Shown piece after piece: positions 19,309 through 28,646 of a DNA stretch of 64,000 bases. Position numbers and translations under genes: made by a program. The notes under the pieces are model-generated. The model was not told the origin of the DNA. It made no database searches and saw only the letters and a list, made by a program, of their open reading frames with translations. The DNA comes from an uncultured Gammaproteobacteria bacterium (GTDB taxonomy: Bacteria > Patescibacteriota > Patescibacteriia > Magasanikbacterales > GWA2-37-8). The stretch lies in NCBI GenBank assembly GCA_964511375.1, contig CAZEEW010000004.1, forward strand, positions 5,542 through 69,541, in the 5' to 3' direction. Numbering within the stretch: position 1 is the stretch's first letter; each line of letters begins with the position of its first letter.

Positions 19309-19337
19309 AAAGCCTCGAGTTAACTCGAGGCTTTTTT
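19309..19337. terminator. bidirectional terminator (AAGCCTCGAG-ttaa-CTCGAGGCTT + T-run)
   Basis: Perfect palindrome between convergent genes. The recJ stop codon lies in the loop. Confidence 0.65.
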
Positions 19338-21110
19338 AATATCTACGACTGTTAATTGTAGTTCTCGATTTCCGTTCCACTCGTTGACATCCACCGAAAA
19401 TACCATGTCTATCTTGTCTCCGATATGAAGAGTGTTTTTCCAATCGCTCGGGTGACGCTCTTTATCTCCAAAACCAAAGGCAATCGTTTTCTTAATTGTG
19501 TGCGAGTTGTGTTTGACCATCAGGCGTAAGTGTTTACCGTCCTGGCCGACTGGATCAATGCTCGCGACAGTTAAATTTTTAGCTAAATATTTTGGCTCTT
19601 CATTGCATTGGCCAAAAGGCTCGAATTTTTGTAAGAGGTCGTAAAGTTTCCAGTTAACATCTTCTAGATCTACTTCTGCATCGATCGCGATTGTTAGTTG
19701 GAGTTTTTTGATATCGAATTGTTCCTCAGCTTTTTTTAACAATTCAGATTTAAATTCTTCTAAAACATTTGGTGACTTTAGGGAAAAACCACAGGCTTGT
19801 GGGTGACCACCAAACTTGTCAAAAAAGTCAGGAATGGCCTGTAGGTTTTTTATCATGTTAAATTCAGGAATGCTTCGACCGGAACCAGTTATCTCATCGT
19901 TGTTTAAGCCCATTACGACTACCGGACGATAAAGCTCTTCCTTAAGTTTACCGGCGATCAGACCTAAAATTCCGGTTGACCACCCTTCGCCAAGGATGAA
20001 TATAATGGAATTATTTTCTTGTTTAGTTTTTTTGATCTGGTCCCGAGCTTGATTAACGAGGCTTTCGGTTAGTTTTTGGCGATCCAGATTGTTTTGGTTT
20101 AACTGGAGAGCGAGCGTGTCAGCTTCTTTCGGATTCTCGGCCATTAGTAACATGTAAGCCGTGTTAGCATGGTCCATTCGGCCAGCAGCATTAATCCGCG
20201 GCGCAATTTGGAAACTAATTGTTTCGGTCGTAAACTGACCACGTTTAGATTTACCGAATTCATCGATTAACCCGGCTGTTTGCATTAGCTTCCGTAAGCC
20301 TAAGTTACGAGATTTGTTTAAAACCGTTAAACCGTAACGAGTTAATGTCCTTGATTCACCAAGTAGGGGCACCATATCGCCGACAGTGGCGATGGCGACT
20401 AAATCCAAAAGCCACTTTTCGTAACTTTCATGTGGTTGTCCGTCTGGTAAAAATTCATTTTTTTGAGCGTGTTTCTTTAAAAGAGCCTGCACCAGCTTAA
20501 AAGCGACACCGGCACCAGCTAAACCCTTGTCTGGGTATTTTTCTTGCAGCACAAGTGGGTGAATGATGGCGTCAGCTGGCGGCAAAGTCGCGGGCACGGA
20601 ATGGTGATCTGTAATAACTACCAGCATACCATACTCTTTTGCTTTTACTATTTCTTCACGGTTACTAATGCCACAATCGCAGGTAATTATTAGATCAGTT
20701 TTTTGTTCGTGTAGTAATTTAACCGTGTTTAAATTTAGGCCATAACCGTCGATTTCACGGTGGGGGATAAAGACGTTGACGTGCTCAGCGCCAAATTTCC
20801 GCAGCGTCGATACTAAAATAGTGGAGGCAGATACGCCGTCCGCGTCATAATCGCCGTGCACCACAATATTTTTTTGCTCCTTTATGGCAGTGAAGATAAC
20901 CTCCACGGCTTTTTCCATATCATTAAAAAGATACGGATCGTGGAGATCGGTTGAATAGTCAGGGTTTAAGAATTCATCGATTGCTTCTTGGGTACGGATG
21001 TTGCGTGTCCAGAGTAGCCGCGCAACAATTGGGGGAAGTTCGGGATGAGAATTTAAAAAATCTTGGTTTGGTGCCTCCAATACGTGCCACTTTTTTTCTT
21101 GGGTATTCAT
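19320..21110 (-). CDS. recJ: single-stranded-DNA-specific exonuclease RecJ
   Basis: DHH motifs (VHGDYDADGVSAS, ITDHH) and DHHA1 domain. Start picked at MNTQEKKW (ATG at 21108-21110). The ORF track extends 18 codons further. Confidence 0.85.
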   Translation of the reverse strand: MNTQEKKWHVLEAPNQDFLNSHPELPPIVARLLWTRNIRTQEAIDEFLNPDYSTDLHDPYLFNDMEKAVEVIFTAIKEQKNIVVHGDYDADGVSASTILVSTLRKFGAEHVNVFIPHREIDGYGLNLNTVKLLHEQKTDLIITCDCGISNREEIVKAKEYGMLVVITDHHSVPATLPPADAIIHPLVLQEKYPDKGLAGAGVAFKLVQALLKKHAQKNEFLPDGQPHESYEKWLLDLVAIATVGDMVPLLGESRTLTRYGLTVLNKSRNLGLRKLMQTAGLIDEFGKSKRGQFTTETISFQIAPRINAAGRMDHANTAYMLLMAENPKEADTLALQLNQNNLDRQKLTESLVNQARDQIKKTKQENNSIIFILGEGWSTGILGLIAGKLKEELYRPVVVMGLNNDEITGSGRSIPEFNMIKNLQAIPDFFDKFGGHPQACGFSLKSPNVLEEFKSELLKKAEEQFDIKKLQLTIAIDAEVDLEDVNWKLYDLLQKFEPFGQCNEEPKYLAKNLTVASIDPVGQDGKHLRLMVKHNSHTIKKTIAFGFGDKERHPSDWKNTLHIGDKIDMVFSVDVNEWNGNRELQLTVVDIKKASS

Positions 21111-21226
21111 TTTATTATTGGAAAATCGGCATGATGGTAAAGAAAAGCATCGCAACAATGCCAATGAGAGCGATAACCGTCCAAAGTTTTTTTGCCGTTT
21201 TATGATTCATAATTTACTAAATAGAG

Positions 21227-23032
21227 TTATCTTTTTAAGACCGCGAGGTAGGCTTCGGTCGGAATTTCGACTGTACCGCGACCACGTTCCATCATCTTCT
21301 TTTTGCCTTTCTTTTGCTTCTCTAGAAGTTTATTTTTGCGTGTTACATCACCACCGTATAGTTTGGCTGTAACATCCTTACGAAGAGCGGATAGGCGATC
21401 AGCGGCAATAATTTTCCCGCCGACAGCTGCTTGAATTTTCAATTCAAACTGTTGACGGGGGAGTGTCTCTTTTAGAGAACCAACGATTTTTTTGCCAATC
21501 TTAAAGGCTTCGTCATCGCGAACTAAGGTCGCTAATTCTTCAATTTTATCCTCTGCCACTAGTATATCTAGGCGCACAATATCTACTTTTTGGTAGTCTT
21601 TGTATTCATAGTTCATGGAGGCATAGCCAGAAGTAACGGTCTTCAGTTTATCATAAAAGTCCGTAATGAGAGAGGCGAGTGGTATTTCGTAGTGAAGTAA
21701 AACGCGGGTGTCGTTGCCAGTGCTTAAATATTCAGTATTCTTGTAGCTGCCATTACGTTCAGAGACAAGTGCCATCACATCGCCGACCGTGGCTTTGGTG
21801 GTAATAATGTCTAGAGTCATCCATGGTTCTTCTACTTCTGTATAATAGTTTGGATCAGGCATTTCTTGTGGGCTGTGGACAACAATATTTTCTCCATTGG
21901 TTTTTTGTACTTTGTAAGCAACACTAGGCACGGTTATTGCCACTTCTAAATTGTATTCGCGTCTCAAACGCTCTTGGAAAATATCCAAGTGCAGCATACC
22001 CAAGAAACCACAACGAAAACCAAAGCCTAAGGCTTGTGAGTTTTCTGGTTCATAGGTTAGCGAAGAATCGTTTAATTTTAATTTTTCAATAGCATCACGC
22101 AATCGTTCGTAAGCGTCGCCATCTTTGGGGAAGATGCCGGCAAAAACCATTGGTTTAATTTCGCGGTAACCAGGTAAGGGCGTTGTTTCAGTTGCGGTAT
22201 CCAAACGGGTTATAGTATCACCGACACGACAATCCTGTACATTTTTTAAACCCGTGACAACATAGCCAATCTCACCGCTCGTTAATTTTTCAGCCGATTT
22301 AAATTTTGGTGTGTAATAGCCAATCTCCAATACTTCAGCTGGAGTCCTGGTGGTCATGAGTTGAATTTTGTCACCTTTTTTTAGTTCTCCATCCACCATG
22401 CCGATCGAGGCAACTACACCTTTAAATTCATTGTACTCTGAATCAAAGATTAAAGCGCGTGGTTGTTCGTCACTGTGATCAATTGGAGGGGATACTCTTT
22501 TTATGACTGCTTCTAAAATTTCTGGAACACCTTGTCCAGTTTTACCGGATGCCAAAATAATGTCTTCTTCTTTACAACCAATAAGATGGATAATTTCCGC
22601 CATGGTTTTCGGAATGTCAGCCATGGCCATATCAACTTTGTTAATAACTGGAATAATCGCAAGATCTTGGTCTAAAGCAAGATACAAATTACCAATCGTT
22701 TGCGCTTGTACGCCTTGGGTTGCATCAACTAAAAGAATGGCGCCATCTACAGCGGCGAGCGAGCGAGAAACTTCGTAATTAAAATCCACATGCCCAGGAG
22801 TATCGATTAAGTTTAAAATATATTTTTCTTTTTCAAACTCATAACTCATGCGAACCGGCGTGAGTTTGATGGTAATCCCACGTTCGCGTTCAAGTTCCAT
22901 AGAATCAAGGAGCTGGTCCTTCATGTCTCGTTTGGAAACTGTGCCAGTAAATTCTAAAAGACGATCGGCTAAAGTAGATTTACCATGATCGATGTGGGCA
23001 ATAATACAGAAATTGCGGATATTGTTAGTCAT
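21227..23032 (-). CDS. lepA: elongation factor 4 (LepA)
   Basis: IRNFCIIAHIDHGKSTLADR G-domain motif. Typical length. Confidence 0.93.
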   Translation of the reverse strand: MTNNIRNFCIIAHIDHGKSTLADRLLEFTGTVSKRDMKDQLLDSMELERERGITIKLTPVRMSYEFEKEKYILNLIDTPGHVDFNYEVSRSLAAVDGAILLVDATQGVQAQTIGNLYLALDQDLAIIPVINKVDMAMADIPKTMAEIIHLIGCKEEDIILASGKTGQGVPEILEAVIKRVSPPIDHSDEQPRALIFDSEYNEFKGVVASIGMVDGELKKGDKIQLMTTRTPAEVLEIGYYTPKFKSAEKLTSGEIGYVVTGLKNVQDCRVGDTITRLDTATETTPLPGYREIKPMVFAGIFPKDGDAYERLRDAIEKLKLNDSSLTYEPENSQALGFGFRCGFLGMLHLDIFQERLRREYNLEVAITVPSVAYKVQKTNGENIVVHSPQEMPDPNYYTEVEEPWMTLDIITTKATVGDVMALVSERNGSYKNTEYLSTGNDTRVLLHYEIPLASLITDFYDKLKTVTSGYASMNYEYKDYQKVDIVRLDILVAEDKIEELATLVRDDEAFKIGKKIVGSLKETLPRQQFELKIQAAVGGKIIAADRLSALRKDVTAKLYGGDVTRKNKLLEKQKKGKKKMMERGRGTVEIPTEAYLAVLKR

Positions 23033-23034
23033 AA

Positions 23035-24660
23035 CTACTGTTCTTTAAGGTCAATACCCTCCTGGTCGGTCTTAATGTTTGCAATTTTAAGCCATTTTTT
23101 ACGGAAAGCCTGGGCGAATTTAAGCATTTCTGGCAGACGGAAAATATAGCACAAGAGCAGATAAATGAAAAGCCCAGTCAAGGCTGCCACAAAACCTTGG
23201 CCAAAGATGCCCCAGAAGTAGTCTTGGTTAAAGATTTTGGCTAGAGGCGTCTTAATGTATTGCATCGCAAGAGCCATAGCGATAGCAGCTATGGAGATCC
23301 GGTATAAAGAAGACAAAAGCTTTCCTTCTTCGAGGTTGTGGATGGTAGTCTTTAAATAAATGAGAAGCAAACTTAAATTAACGATTGCACCGATTGAGGC
23401 GGCCAGGGCTAAACCAGCTACCCCTAACGGTTCCATTAATACCAGTGAAGCAATAATGTTAATTAGGGCGGCAAAGACACCAATGAAAAATGGTGTTTTC
23501 GTATTAGATAAGGCATAGAAAGCCCGGGCGAGGAGTGGAATGAGACTTTGGGCAAAAAGGCCCAAAGAAAAGAAGGCTAAAGCATCGGCGGTGTTAATGG
23601 TGGCAGTCCAGTCAAATTCACCGCTACCTAAAACAACGCGGACAATTTGAGCGCGGAGAATTAGAAATATTAAGCTAACAGGGATAATTAAAAATAGTAT
23701 TTGACGCATGGTATTGCCAAGACCAGCAATAAATTTTTCCTCGTTGCCTTCTGCTACACTCGCCGATAGAAGCGGGAAAGTAGCTAAGGCAAAAGAAATG
23801 CCAATTACGCCAATCGGCACCCACTGTAAGTTATCCGCATAATTATAAACTGCAATGCTACCTGCTGGTAATAATGAGGCCAGGATTGTAGTTACAAAAG
23901 TGTTTAAATTACTAACCGCCAAGCCAAGCGTGCGCGGTATCATGAGTTTACCAATTAGACGAGTATTTTTGTCTTTCCATTTGAATATTGGTTGCCAGCG
24001 GAAGCCAACTAAGTAAGCGCCATAAAATTGAAGACTAAAGTGAATCGCCGCGCCAATTACCACACCAATACCGAGTCCAACGGGGCCAAAGAATTTAGTT
24101 AAACCTGCTGCGCCAAAAATAATGCCGAGGTTGTAGAAGATGGGCGCAAAAGAATACAAAACAAAACGGCGTAACGACTGCAAAACTCCGCCTAAGACCA
24201 TGGAGAAACCTAAAAAGATCGGCGAGAGAAACATGACTCGGGTTAAGGTGATGGTCAGATTTAGGTTTTCTTGATTAAATCCAGGCGTAAGGAGGGGTAC
24301 TAGATAGGGAGCAAAAATAATTCCTAAGCCACATAAGACAACTAGAGCAATGGCGGCAATGTTTAAAACATTGTTGGCGAGGCGCCAGGCCTGACTTTTG
24401 TCCTTACCTTCTTCTAAGAATAGTTTGGTAAAAACGGGAATAAATCCTGCGGTCAAAGCACCGACAATTAAAAGGTTGTAAATCAAGTCAGGAATTTTGA
24501 AGGCAGCATAGTAGGCGTCAGTAACAGGTCCAGCCCCATAAAAATGGGCGATTATTCTGTCACGTAAAACACCAATAACTTTGTTTAACAAAGTTGCACC
24601 GCCAATTAATAAGGCGGCGCCGGTCGTTGAATTAGATTCAGAATTCAAAATTTTAAACAT
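23035..24660 (-). CDS. murJ: lipid II flippase MurJ (MviN)
   Basis: LLIGGATLLNKVIGVLRDRIIAHFYGAG...DAYYAAFKIPD. Fourteen predicted transmembrane helices. Confidence 0.85.
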   Translation of the reverse strand: MFKILNSESNSTTGAALLIGGATLLNKVIGVLRDRIIAHFYGAGPVTDAYYAAFKIPDLIYNLLIVGALTAGFIPVFTKLFLEEGKDKSQAWRLANNVLNIAAIALVVLCGLGIIFAPYLVPLLTPGFNQENLNLTITLTRVMFLSPIFLGFSMVLGGVLQSLRRFVLYSFAPIFYNLGIIFGAAGLTKFFGPVGLGIGVVIGAAIHFSLQFYGAYLVGFRWQPIFKWKDKNTRLIGKLMIPRTLGLAVSNLNTFVTTILASLLPAGSIAVYNYADNLQWVPIGVIGISFALATFPLLSASVAEGNEEKFIAGLGNTMRQILFLIIPVSLIFLILRAQIVRVVLGSGEFDWTATINTADALAFFSLGLFAQSLIPLLARAFYALSNTKTPFFIGVFAALINIIASLVLMEPLGVAGLALAASIGAIVNLSLLLIYLKTTIHNLEEGKLLSSLYRISIAAIAMALAMQYIKTPLAKIFNQDYFWGIFGQGFVAALTGLFIYLLLCYIFRLPEMLKFAQAFRKKWLKIANIKTDQEGIDLKEQ

Positions 24661-24663
24661 GTT

Positions 24664-25338
24664 TTACTGCGAGACATTAACAATCAGTGAGGCATAGTTT
24701 GTTCCTCGGCCGTTAACCGGGCCTTCAACATACATCGATCCACTGACATTGTCAGTTTGACGTTGGAAAGAAAATTGTTTGACAACTTTGTTTACGTTTT
24801 TTCCTTCACTTTCCGCTTCAATGTTAAAATTTTTCTTTTTTAGTTCTGTCATGTAGTAGTTAATAACAAAATTTGGCTCGGCGTTCATGTCTACCCACTT
24901 TATTTGCACCGTATCGCGATGATCACCCACTGGCTGAGTCAGAACATTGACAAAATCTTTAAATATACCCTCCGAATCTTCGGAGTGTTCGTTTTCGGTA
25001 TTTTGGTTGTTCACTAAAAGGGGAGAGAGAATCAATTTGGGAAAAAGGGCGGCGATCTCCACGCCACGATTTTTGTATTGTCCAGAAATAAAAGTAATCG
25101 ACTCGATGTTATCTGCATCGTAAACCGGGATATCTTTAGGGAAGTATTCCGGAACAGATTTTAGAGTTTGGGGGCCAGGACCGACCGCAAGTTTTAGGGC
25201 AATAATGGCACCAACGATAAAAATAACAACACAACCACAGCCAGATAGGCAGGTCCGTTTAAAGCCAGAGCGTTGCTTGGTTAGTTCTTCTAGAGGCGGT
25301 TCAACAATCTCGACGTTATCGATAACCGGTCGGCGCAT
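24664..25338 (-). CDS. membrane-anchored hypothetical protein, translationally coupled to murJ (4-nt gap)
   Basis: Single transmembrane helix (CVVIFIVGAIIALKLAV). No recognised domain. Confidence 0.45.
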   Translation of the reverse strand: MRRPVIDNVEIVEPPLEELTKQRSGFKRTCLSGCGCVVIFIVGAIIALKLAVGPGPQTLKSVPEYFPKDIPVYDADNIESITFISGQYKNRGVEIAALFPKLILSPLLVNNQNTENEHSEDSEGIFKDFVNVLTQPVGDHRDTVQIKWVDMNAEPNFVINYYMTELKKKNFNIEAESEGKNVNKVVKQFSFQRQTDNVSGSMYVEGPVNGRGTNYASLIVNVSQ

Positions 25339-25444
25339 AAATTAGACAGGTTTTAATACTTGTTTTTATACATCCATTCTAGCAGATTTTTTGAATTCTG
25401 ACTAGATATCACACACTTAAAATTCGGAAACAAAAACAGCCTTT

Positions 25445-26035
25445 AAACAAAGCTGCTTTTGAGGGATCTCGATGCGCCAGGGGCGCGCGTCGAGGGCGCC
25501 CCTCCTTGTATTTAGAAAGAACAGGTGGGGGACGAGCGACTCAGTTCGTCTCGTCCTTGGCGGGGGGTTGCGGAGCGGTCGTGCAGCAGTTGCTGGCCCT
25601 GATCAGGCCGAGCCTCTCGGCTTTCTGCCGCTGCTCTTCCGCATGCTCGCGGAAGCGGTGGTTCTCGGAGCGCAGCACTTCCGTGTGCTGGAAGTGCGAC
25701 CACACCAAGGCGGCCATGATCCGTCTCAGGTTGACCAGATACCGATCGGTCGCCCTGGAGCAGGAGTGGGCCATGCACGCGAACAGCTCGTTGACCTCGG
25801 TCAGCTCGTCGCCGAGCGCCTTCGGGACCTCGGTCCAGTCACTCTCTGGAGGCTCGCGGGGTGGGAGGATGGTGGTGGATCCGCTCAGTCGCCAGGCGTC
25901 CTTCCAGGGCTCAGAGCCCCTGCGAAGAACGTTGACGCCCACTCCCCCCACGACCAGCATCGTGTGGTACCAAAAGTTGGACTTGAACACTGCCCCTCAC
26001 TTTCCGTAAACACTCCCGTCCATCGGGATTGGAAT
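25445..26035. other. anomalous high-GC (~65%) block in a ~40% GC background; foreign-origin or chimeric segment
   Basis: Abrupt composition shift on both edges. Contains a minus-strand ORF whose codon third positions are about 88% G/C. Confidence 0.7.
25541..25990 (-). CDS. gene fragment of high-GC origin (hypothetical; weak resemblance to an IS4/IS5-type transposase C-terminus); likely truncated or non-functional
   Basis: Sampled codons have GC3 of about 15/17. Protein-like composition. A hairpin plus T-run lies downstream on the minus strand (~25428-25455). Confidence 0.35.
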   Translation of the reverse strand: MFKSNFWYHTMLVVGGVGVNVLRRGSEPWKDAWRLSGSTTILPPREPPESDWTEVPKALGDELTEVNELFACMAHSCSRATDRYLVNLRRIMAALVWSHFQHTEVLRSENHRFREHAEEQRQKAERLGLIRASNCCTTAPQPPAKDETN

Positions 26036-26103
26036 AAACTTAGCAGAAAACTGGATGTTTGTCTATGCTAGACATGTGGGGATATTTTTAAGTAGAAAAA
26101 GTA

Positions 26104-26131
26104 TGACAAGATTGTTTTGGGTTGGTATAAT
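26104..26131 (+). promoter_or_regulatory. promoter candidate (ATGACA-16-TGgTATAAT, extended -10)
   Basis: Read from the sequence upstream of the RNase J-like gene. Confidence 0.4.
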
Positions 26132-26163
26132 ACCTAAACTAGATATTTGTTACATATAACGTT

Positions 26164-27537
26164 ATGAATCTTACATTTTATGGCGCAGCCCGGGAGGTGA
26201 CTGGTTCGTCGACGCTCTTGGAAACTGGAGGACAGAAAATTTTGGTAGATTGTGGCATGTTCCAAGGAGGAGAGTTTAATAGTGATAAAAATTTTGAACC
26301 ATTAATTTTTGATCCGAAAGAATTAGATGCAGTCTTGGTAACGCATGCTCATTTAGATCACGTTGGTCGTTTGCCGCTTCTAGTAAAAAATGGTTATGAG
26401 GGTCATTTCTTTGCAACTCCAGCGACGCGGGAATTGGCTGAGTTAATCATGCTAGACGCTTTGGAAATCATGGAATACAACGAACGGAAAATGGGAATAC
26501 CAACTTTATATCACGCGACAGATGTGGCGGGGGTAATGCAAAGATTTAAACCAGTTAATTACCATGAAGAGCTGATGCTTCCAACCCGTAAAAAAGAGCA
26601 ACAAGAAGTTAAAGTTACTTTTTACGATGCTGGCCACATCTTTGGCTCATCTTTTATTTTGGTTGAGTCGGAAGGAAAGCGCGTAGTATTTTCTGGTGAT
26701 GTCGGCAATGTCGAAGTTCCAATTTTAAAAGACACGGAAGTTTTACCAGAAAAAGTGGATGCCATAGTTTGCGAATCTACCTATGGTAATCGCGTGCATG
26801 AGCCGTCCAGTGAACGACAGAAAATGTTAGAGGAAGTAATCACTGAAGCGATTGGGTGTGGTGGAGTATTAATGATTCCATCCTTTTCTTTAGAAAGAAC
26901 CCAGGAACTACTTTATGCCCTCAATGATCTGATTGATCGGAAAAAACGTTTGCCTCGTTTGCCAATCTTTTTGGATAGTCCTTTGGCTATCGGCGCTACT
27001 CGGGTTTACCGAAGATATGTAGAGTATTATGATGAGGAAGCGATGAAACTTCACAATAGTGGCGATGACTTGTTTGAATTTTCAGGCTTAACAATGTGTG
27101 AGACGAGAGAAGAATCGAAAAAAATTAACCATGTTCCCGGACCAAAGATAATAATTGCTGGGGCGGGCATGATGAATGGTGGTCGTATTGTGCACCATGC
27201 TCTGAGATATTTGTCAGATGAAAGGAACACCTTGCTTATCATCGGTTACCAGGCACATGGCACTTTAGGTAGAGCAATTTTGGACGGTCAGTCACCAGTA
27301 AATATTTTAGGTGAGCAAGTCGTTGTAAAAGCACAGATTAAAGCCATTGGTGCATTTTCTGCTCATGCTGATCAAGAGAAGTTGTTAGATTGGTTAGGTG
27401 GTGGAGGGGAAGTGCCAAAAAAAGTATTTTTAAATCATGGTGAGCCAGAAGCTTCTGAAGTACTAGAAAAGAGGCTAAAAGAAGATTTGGGAATAAAAGC
27501 AACAGTAGTTAACGAAGGACTACAAGTTAAAATTTAG
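26164..27537 (+). CDS. MBL-fold beta-CASP ribonuclease (RNase J-like)
   Basis: LVTHAHLDHVGRLP (HxHxDH) motif. beta-CASP motifs. C-terminal HGEP. Confidence 0.8.
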   Translation: MNLTFYGAAREVTGSSTLLETGGQKILVDCGMFQGGEFNSDKNFEPLIFDPKELDAVLVTHAHLDHVGRLPLLVKNGYEGHFFATPATRELAELIMLDALEIMEYNERKMGIPTLYHATDVAGVMQRFKPVNYHEELMLPTRKKEQQEVKVTFYDAGHIFGSSFILVESEGKRVVFSGDVGNVEVPILKDTEVLPEKVDAIVCESTYGNRVHEPSSERQKMLEEVITEAIGCGGVLMIPSFSLERTQELLYALNDLIDRKKRLPRLPIFLDSPLAIGATRVYRRYVEYYDEEAMKLHNSGDDLFEFSGLTMCETREESKKINHVPGPKIIIAGAGMMNGGRIVHHALRYLSDERNTLLIIGYQAHGTLGRAILDGQSPVNILGEQVVVKAQIKAIGAFSAHADQEKLLDWLGGGGEVPKKVFLNHGEPEASEVLEKRLKEDLGIKATVVNEGLQVKI

Positions 27538-27563
27538 AAGATTTTGTTTTTAATTTTAATAAT

Positions 27564-27980
27564 ATGCTTGGCAGACTAGACAAAGCAGTGATACCTGCCG
27601 GTTTAATACGCAGTGCTAAGACTTATTCTTTAGTTTTAGAGACAGACGGACTATACATTATACACACTGGTCCAGCTGGACGGCATGTACGAACTAGGGA
27701 TACTTTAAGTAATGCAGTTGCTAATATGGTCCACAATAACCAAGCCTTGAAATTAGCGGAGGGAGAGAAGCGGTTGGATTCGGTGTCATTAGTTGAACTC
27801 GTCAAAGAAAAAGGTAATACTTTTATTACTAGAGGAGAAATTAAAGGTGTAGAGGTTGGTAAAAATATTTATGAAGAAACTACCATGACGATTAATACCG
27901 AGCAGAAAAAATGGAAGTTCCATTTCTTTTTTCAAGCTAGTGAGGAGCAGGTTAGAAAATTTGCCGCTCTTTTCTTTTAG
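27564..27980 (+). CDS. hypothetical protein
   Basis: ORF with protein-like composition. No recognised motif. Confidence 0.35.
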   Translation: MLGRLDKAVIPAGLIRSAKTYSLVLETDGLYIIHTGPAGRHVRTRDTLSNAVANMVHNNQALKLAEGEKRLDSVSLVELVKEKGNTFITRGEIKGVEVGKNIYEETTMTINTEQKKWKFHFFFQASEEQVRKFAALFF

Positions 27981-28047
27981 TTGAAAGAAGTTATCCACTT
28001 TTTTTGAAGTAGGAAATAAAAATATTTTGTAAAAAGAGATTATTTTA

Positions 28048-28082
28048 TCCACAGTCTGAGAGGGCGGTGGATTTTGTTTTAT
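28048..28082 (+). terminator. terminator candidate (ATCCAC-loop-GTGGAT + TTTTGTTTT)
   Basis: Hairpin plus T-run seen in the sequence. Confidence 0.4.
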
Positions 28083-28121
28083 TTAAGCCATAATTTTCGT
28101 GCATTTTTTTGGTTCAAAGTG

Positions 28122-28150
28122 TTGACCAGTGAGTCGAAGTGGAGTAAAAT
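28122..28150 (+). promoter_or_regulatory. sigma-70-like promoter (TTGACC-17-TAAAAT) for the mraZ/dcw cluster
   Basis: Canonical spacing. Sits 19 nt upstream of mraZ. Confidence 0.5.
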
Positions 28151-28168
28151 GGAATTAGGTGGGGAAAA

Positions 28169-28618
28169 ATGGGGAAATATGTAACTATGTTCATCGGTGA
28201 ATTCACGCATAATCTGGACGAAAAAGGACGACTGGCTATCCCGGTTAAGTTTAGGCGTGACTTGACTAAAGGAGCCGTTGTAACCCGCGGCTTAGATAAT
28301 TGTCTTTTTCTTTATACTAAAGGCGAATGGGAAAAGTTGGCTGAGAAATTGGCAACTTTGCCGATTAGCCAAGCAAACAGCCGAGCCTTTGCCCGTCTTA
28401 TGCTCGCGGGAGCGATGGATGTTGATGTGGACAAACAAGGAAGAATTGTTTTACCAGAATACCTTAGACAGTTTGCTGGCTTAAATAAGAACGTTATTGT
28501 CGCTGGTTTATATAATCGGGTGGAAATATGGGATGAAGCCAAGTGGCAGAGTTACAAACAACAAACTGAAACTAACAGCAATGAGATTGCTGAAAAGATG
28601 GCTGAGCTGGGGGTGTAA
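28169..28618 (+). CDS. mraZ: transcriptional regulator MraZ
   Basis: MFIGEFTHNLDEKGRLAIPVKFR, with a second SpoVT/AbrB-like repeat. Start could instead be 28187. Confidence 0.85.
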   Translation: MGKYVTMFIGEFTHNLDEKGRLAIPVKFRRDLTKGAVVTRGLDNCLFLYTKGEWEKLAEKLATLPISQANSRAFARLMLAGAMDVDVDKQGRIVLPEYLRQFAGLNKNVIVAGLYNRVEIWDEAKWQSYKQQTETNSNEIAEKMAELGV

Positions 28619-28646
28619 GTTAGGTGATTGAATTAAAGATAATGTT

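Noticed and set aside
21111-21164. 18-codon N-terminal extension of recJ (MALLRCFSLPSCRFSNNK)
   Set aside because: RecJ homologs typically begin near MNTQEKKW, and the extension is Cys/Ser-rich and non-conserved. It is retained only as an alternative start.
20951-21372. Plus-strand ORFs (20951..21205, 21118..21372) at the recJ/lepA junction
   Set aside because: They are antisense to the recJ N-terminus and lepA C-terminus and have no motifs. These are shadow ORFs.
25472-26071. Plus-strand ORFs (25472..26071 and 25506..26009) in the high-GC block
   Set aside because: High-GC DNA lacks stop codons in all frames. These frames have low GC3 and Arg/Gly/Ser-rich low-complexity translations. The minus-strand frame has the high GC3 expected of real coding DNA from a GC-rich donor.
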